Assembly (NCBI RefSeq): GCF_040938485.1
Contig: NW_027271040.1
Location: forward strand, 2,046,001-2,110,000
Direction of reading: 5' to 3'
From: Diadema antillarum
Taxonomy: Eukaryota
Length of the DNA: 64,000 nucleotides
The translations under genes and the position numbers were made by a program. The notes under the pieces are model-generated. The model saw nothing but the letters and a program-made list of their open reading frames with translations, searched no databases and was not told where the DNA came from. This document shows positions 58,593-64,000 of the stretch, piece by piece. The first letter of the stretch is position 1. Each line of letters starts with the position of its first letter.

Positions 58593-59167
58593 CATCTGTT
58601 ATACGTGTATTATAAGGGTTAGTCAAATCAGGGAGGTACTAGGCAGTACCTCCTTGGTCAAATACCATCATCTGTTATGGGTTGATATTATAGTCAAAGT
58701 AACGTCAACGCTCTTGATCGCTCGCGCAGAGCCAAATTCACTGTGCGCGGGTCCTTCAAATCACACGTTCGTACGCATTACAATAATTGGTCATCTGCTT
58801 TCTCACATTGTATGGAATAAGCAAATTTATCTTCTTGTGTGAAAAATATGATCGTTCAACCATTTGGTATCGTTTGTCATTTGTTACGTGAAAATGTTTT
58901 CCCATGGGAGAACATTACAAAAATGTTCTGCTCATGGGCGAACATAACCAATGTGCCTCCATCACATGACTGTGTTTAGCCAATCACTAACTGGTATATG
59001 ACTAACCCATTTAGTATTGTACAATGTAATATTTTTTCAATCATCATGTTTAACAAAACATACAGCTGCATGGGGTTTGTAACAATGCTTGCAGGCCACA
59101 CACACAAGAACAAACAAATATATTGGTACAGTATTCAAAAGGAAATTTCAATGCACAATGTTTTGCT

Positions 59168-59173
59168 TTTATT
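59168..59173 (-). terminator. Candidate polyadenylation signal for ISCA1 (alternative candidate at 60870-60875)
   Basis: TTTATT on + (AATAAA on -), with a GU-rich tract (reverse complement of acacaagaacaaacaaa at ~59100-59117) downstream on the - strand. Confidence 0.35.
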
Positions 59174-60993
59174 GGCATTTAAAAGTCAATATGTAGATCA
59201 TTTCGTTCTGATCCATGCAGAATATTCAGCAATAATGCTCCAAAGTGTAACAATCCATACTACAGTATTATATCACGGTATGATTTATAATATTCTGTAA
59301 CATCACATACACAGGGTGTCCCCCTCAAAAAAAGATACTCTTAAAATAGCCCAAAGATGAAAATTCTTATCGAATTTTTGAAAGATAATTATAGATACGG
59401 ATAGTTTCTCCAATCTCACGACACCAAAAAGCCAGGAAATATTTTATACTTGAGTGAGCACTGCCCACTTTTATGAAGAACATGCAAATAAGGTTGCTGA
59501 GGAATTGGCTATCTACATTGTTATGGATGATGGTCCCAAAAGACATCATTTTGAGCCAGCTTTTGCCTAGGTTTTGGACAAGGTGCGGAGTATAGAATTG
59601 TATGACTGACATGATGTCATAGATGGCGCCATTTTTAAAGACGTTTTTGACCTTTTCGGATTTTTCATTTTTATAGTAAATAGCTGTCCTTTGTAAGATA
59701 CAGTCATGTAGGTATACTAGCAAACAAAGAATAAGAAAAAGTTAACCATACTCGATGCAGCATTAGCGGGCTTTCCATCCAATGTTCAATATTGACCTAT
59801 GTTTTGTTTTGTTTTGTGCTTTTTCCTGGGGGGTGTGAAAAAATAATTGCTGGGAGGATGAGCGTGAGATGGGTCGCTGGGGAGTGAGACTTGCACCATA
59901 GGTGTGACACTTGGTAGGTCTGAAGCACACCGTCATGCAATCTACGATACCTGAATAGGCACAGATGTCTGGAATCAAACTGTCAAACGTTACAGAGATT
60001 ACCTAATCCCTATTGTGTCACCAAGGCCTTCCTGTTAGGAGTGAGGCACATCACTACATCTGAATGGGCTAACTTAACTACTAAATAGGTCAGGTTAGGA
60101 TGGATTTACTGAAAGTCGAAGAGAAGGCTTAGCAATCTAAACTATTAAAGTGCTGGGCACACGAGGGGTTAAAGACAATATGGGCCAATAAAGGCTTTGT
60201 GCTTCCAGCTTTCATATCAATATTGTATCACACAACAATCTGCACTCAAAACATGCAAAAAACACAACATTAAAAACAAACGTACCCAGTTCAGGGTAAA
60301 ATTGTAGCTCAACAATGCCTCACTGTAGGTCTGATTGTACTTTGAATAAGTTAATACATCCAAATATACACACATGTATTTACTCTTTGAATCATTCAGG
60401 TTGAGCAGTATACGGAAGAGCCTATAGCACATCATGGCATCATAAAATCAAACACACATAATATATTTTTCAGTAATCTAGTGACACCTCATTGAGCTAT
60501 GGCTATCATTTTCTTCAGCTTTTATTTTTTTGAATGATTTACGATAAATGCATAGTTCATGATGCAATACACCGTTTAAAACTCCCATGCATGTACATAC
60601 ATGTACACATAATGAGTGCAAATTTCAAATACAATGTACTCTGTCCTAAAATGTTAGCAAATGACAAATGCAATTTTAAAAAACAAACAAACAAACAAAC
60701 AAAAACAAAAAGACAAATATTAACTTGTTCAAACGTTTACACTGTAGGGAACAACAAGTTTCACACAAACGGATCCTTAAATATGCGGTGTATTTAACTT
60801 CGATACTACACACAAGGGAGTTGCTTTTAACATACTAAAGTTAACATTATTTTTTTTTTTAATCTAACATTTATTGTTGACCCTAACACAATCAACTTTG
60901 TTTTTCAAAGGACAAAATTCAAATCACTATTCAAATTTGATTCACTTCCTCCTTCATCTCATCCTCCTGCATGTTTCTTGAAATGCAAGCCTA

Positions 60994-61180
60994 CAGTGCA
61001 CTCCCGTTATAATGAACACAGCTATAACAAAATTCTGGTTACAACAAAGTAAAAATCATTACGCCGCAACGTTATCGCCTCTATGTTTTTTATAGTTTAT
61101 CTGTTTGGTTATAACAAAATTTTGATATAATGAAAGACAACTGCCGGTCCCGAGGACTTTGTTATAACAGGAGTCCACTG
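60994..61180. mobile_element. pogo/Tigger-like (Tc1/mariner superfamily) MITE
   Basis: TA|cagtgcactcccgttataa...ttataacaggagtccactg|TA: 17/19 TIR beginning CAGT, with internal gttataac subrepeats. Confidence 0.8.
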
Positions 61181-62923
61181 TACCAGTGTGAATCAAATAC
61201 TGAATACAGCTGGATTGTCGCTCTTAAGTCTGCATGTGGTTACAACTCACTGTAATTAAAATAAAAGAAAACCTGCAGTGGGACAGCAACTTCACTAGAT
61301 GAAGATGTGAAATATTTCGGGGGATGGATCTTAACAATAATAATCCTACAAAAGAATGGATGAGCTTTCAAAATGTTATAATATGCATACCAAATACACA
61401 TACATGGTGATCTTCTCACATCTCTCCAATAAACACCAACAGTTTGGTTCAGAGCCACAATCAACTCAAAGAAGGCAGCATCAGTACACGTGTATATAAA
61501 CATACAATGTATGACCCTAATATAATATCTTTGCCATTATAGAGGCATATTATTATTTTTTTCTATTTTTTGCTTTTGTACGTGTACATCGGTACATCAC
61601 CTCTAGCTTGGTAAAAAGTCATGTCCAAGGTCTACCCGAGGTATTTCTTTATTGTCTGTGCACTTCAGACTTCACACATACAGTACCAGGCACCACTACT
61701 CTTTCTTCACTCTTAATCAGGTCAGGACCATTCCTGCATCATTTTGGATCCACAAAATTATAATGCTTCCTCCGTTTGCCTGCCAAATCTATTTGATACA
61801 CTTGATTACAACATCTTGGTACATACCCATGAGGTATAGGAGATGAAGGGGATGCATGTGTAGCTTCTATTAACCCGTTCCATACCAAATTCTAAAATCT
61901 CCATTGATGTAATGCACAGGCAACCAGGTTCCAGTATGGAATGGGTTTAAATCCTGCACCATCAAACATTCCTTCCCCCTTCCCTTCACATCTTGTTTTT
62001 TTTTCCAGGATGTGGTTAAGATAATCTCTCTACAATTCTCTGTTTTCATGGGTAGTTTACCAACACGGGCAATGTACACAATGTACAAAGATTAAATCTT
62101 TGAGTACTTCAAAAACTAAATATTTTTTGCTTTCCCCACTTGATATTTACGATATACATAATGTTCAGTATCATATTATTGCTGCAAATAAGAATAAATT
62201 TCATGAGCAATGACAATCACCATGCTTGTATGATTTACCGGTATTCTAAACTCAACTTGCATGGGAGAAAAAGTACAGGGACACTCTGAGCGCCAACTGT
62301 GCCTCTTCAGGTGATATACTGAAGATTAATATCATGGAGGGCATATCGAGACCATCTCTGATGGCGTTGGAACAGATGGGGACGATACTGCAAGCATAAA
62401 CCTCATACTACCATCAATACACCTACAAGATTGTATGACCTCTACGAGACCTACACCACAGGTAAACTAGTTTATAGCCTTGTTAAAGCTTGTTCATACA
62501 CAAGCTCTGACAGAAATATTTTCAGATGCTTCTTTGTGACGTGAGATAAGGATGAGATCTCACTGTGTACACCTTGCTGCACGAAGAGTCGGTCTGTGAA
62601 CAAGTCTCTAGAGCTGGCAGAAGACTGAGCAGCGGGTTCAGCTTCAGATTTGGAGAGCTGTCCAGACTTTCTGATTTTGTTTGGTTGTTTGTACACACAG
62701 CCACAAGCATGAACTTAAAAATAGATTCAAGTTCCACTGGTATCACTGCACAACCTGGCAAGGATAACTTAATGACAATTTTTGATTGCAAGAGCCACCT
62801 TCCCTGAACATTACAAATCTATGTCATATACATAAAGATATATATCTATAGATAATATTTTTATAATATTCTCAAATCTTTGAGAAAGAGTCCATCACAC
62901 AAGCGAACTCTGCAGAGCCTGTG

Positions 62924-63072
62924 CTATACATTGAAACTTTCACCGCATCCACATGTGCCCTTGATATTTGGGTTGTTGAAGACGAATTCGCTGGCCAGCT
63001 TCGACTCCTGAAAGTCCATTTCCGTTCCGAGCAGCGTCAGCTGTGCCTTGGAGTCAATGAAGATTTTGACAC
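62924..63072 (-). CDS. ISCA1: Last coding exon of iron-sulfur cluster assembly 1 homolog, mitochondrial (A-type Fe-S carrier)
   Basis: The reverse strand reads ctgtcAG/GT GTC AAA... = (G)VKIFIDSKAQLTLLGTEMDFQESKLASEFVFNNPNIKGTCGCGESFNV*, with the HesB/IscA C-terminal CGCGESF motif. It is nearly identical to my recollection of vertebrate ISCA1. Upstream exons lie beyond the window. The ORF track missed it. Confidence 0.95.
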
Positions 63073-63134
63073 CTGACAGATGCAAACACATAAAAATGAA
63101 TTGGTCTGCTATAAGTTACATTCAAAAAATGATC

Positions 63135-63531
63135 GGGCAGTGATGTGGCTCAGCTGGTAGCGCCTCTGCCTTCAGATCAAAGGGTACTGGATTTGTTTTC
63201 CGAGTCTCACTGAGCAATGTTGAATACTGTACCAGCCTCTCTAAAAAGAGGCAACACACTCTCCTAGATCTGTCCCTCGGATAGGACTTTAAATGGGGGC
63301 CTGTGTGTGAGTTATCCACAATACACATATTGTACGTATTCAAGATCCCACTTCATTCATTCATCGCAAAGAGCAAGGTGCTAACCTGCGGAAGTGGTCC
63401 CCCACCCATCAACACAAGAAAATGGGCGAATGATGCCAACCTCTTGTGGTGCGCCCCAGGTGACTAGCAATAGTCAGCAAAGTAGTATCAACATCAACCA
63501 TAAACATTGTGCCATACGCTGGAATGAATGA
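63135..63531 (+). mobile_element. Second tRNA-derived SINE with a Deu/Meta-like central domain, antisense in the ISCA1 intron
   Basis: A box TGGCTCAGCTGG 63146-63157 with a degenerate B box. The blocks cggataggactttaaatgggggcc, aagatccca and atcgcaaagagcaaggtg resemble (from memory) the conserved domain of DeuSINE/MetaSINE families. gaatgaatga tail at ~63521-63530. Confidence 0.5.
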
Positions 63532-64000
63532 ACAAAGTACATGTAGGTGAGATGTTCTCATAGAAATGGAGAAACTGTAGTCTGGATCTACTGTAGGATT
63601 GTATGAAAGAAGGGGGAGGGGAAATCTGAAAATTATTCAATCAAAGGGTGAAGATGCATTCGGACATGATAGCACACTCAATGGAAAAGTCGGCAGAATT
63701 GTACATTTGATACAACAGATGTCACAGTCATAATTATGGTGATTAGAGAGTCAGCTCGGCTGACATAAAATGGCAAATTAAAATGGTCCTTTTTGTCCAT
63801 GAAATCAAACATACCTCATAGGTTTTACTTTTGTGTGTGTTTTTTTTTCTTGCAAAGAACTAAAGATGATCAAAAATGTGCTTTACAACCATTTAGAAGC
63901 TATACGAGGAATTTTCTCAAATCTATTTTTTTTTTTTCGAGAGCTGTGCAGTACAAGAGTATTAAATCCTGTCAAGACATCAATTATTTTACCGTGCATA

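Noticed and set aside
59312-59720. Tc1/mariner MITE starting cagggtgtccc
   Set aside because: Only one terminus is recognisable, with no matching TIR or TA duplication, so it is not called as a feature.
62472-62807. ORFs of 74-89 aa next to the ISCA1 stop
   Set aside because: No homology recognised. They lie in the ISCA1 3' UTR region.
58990-62923. Iron-responsive element in the ISCA1 3' UTR
   Set aside because: I checked the - strand CAGTGN hexamers I found (+ strand cactg near 60323, 61176, 61249, 62562, 62736, 62744). None has the 5-bp upper stem with a bulged C.

Overview
Eukaryotic, intron-rich animal genomic DNA with no prokaryotic features. The repeat landscape and poly-G/C tracts suggest a marine invertebrate deuterostome such as a sea urchin (inference only). 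Most of the window is one + strand gene that I assembled by hand from 8 coding exons (8583-51022). All splice phases are consistent and give about 880 aa: an N-terminal SAM domain split by a 22-kb intron, an SH2 domain, a Ser/Pro/Tyr-rich linker and a C-terminal Cdc25/RasGEF-like domain. This is an NSP-family (BCAR3/SH2D3C) adaptor carrying a SAM domain that the vertebrate members lack. An inferred ~7-kb 3' UTR follows. Converging on it from the right is the last coding exon of ISCA1 (- strand, 62924-63072). The non-coding DNA is dense in non-autonomous transposons: TTAA-flanked Kolobok/T2-like and piggyBac-like MITEs, TA-flanked MITEs, Harbinger-like MITEs, a Helentron-type element, tRNA-derived SINEs, and a 5'-truncated CR1/L2-type LINE nested in a MITE. 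The most notable extras are (i) a 6.5-kb foldback element (23472-30017) with TAG...CTA termini, a 3-bp TSD and arms built from ~140-210-bp units with hypervariable microsatellite spacers; (ii) a minimal, apparently dimer-type hammerhead ribozyme motif on the - strand at 46488-46526; and (iii) a 175-bp hairpin in the gap between the two convergent 3' ends. Three short N gaps are present. All family assignments come from pattern recognition and recalled knowledge, not database searches.
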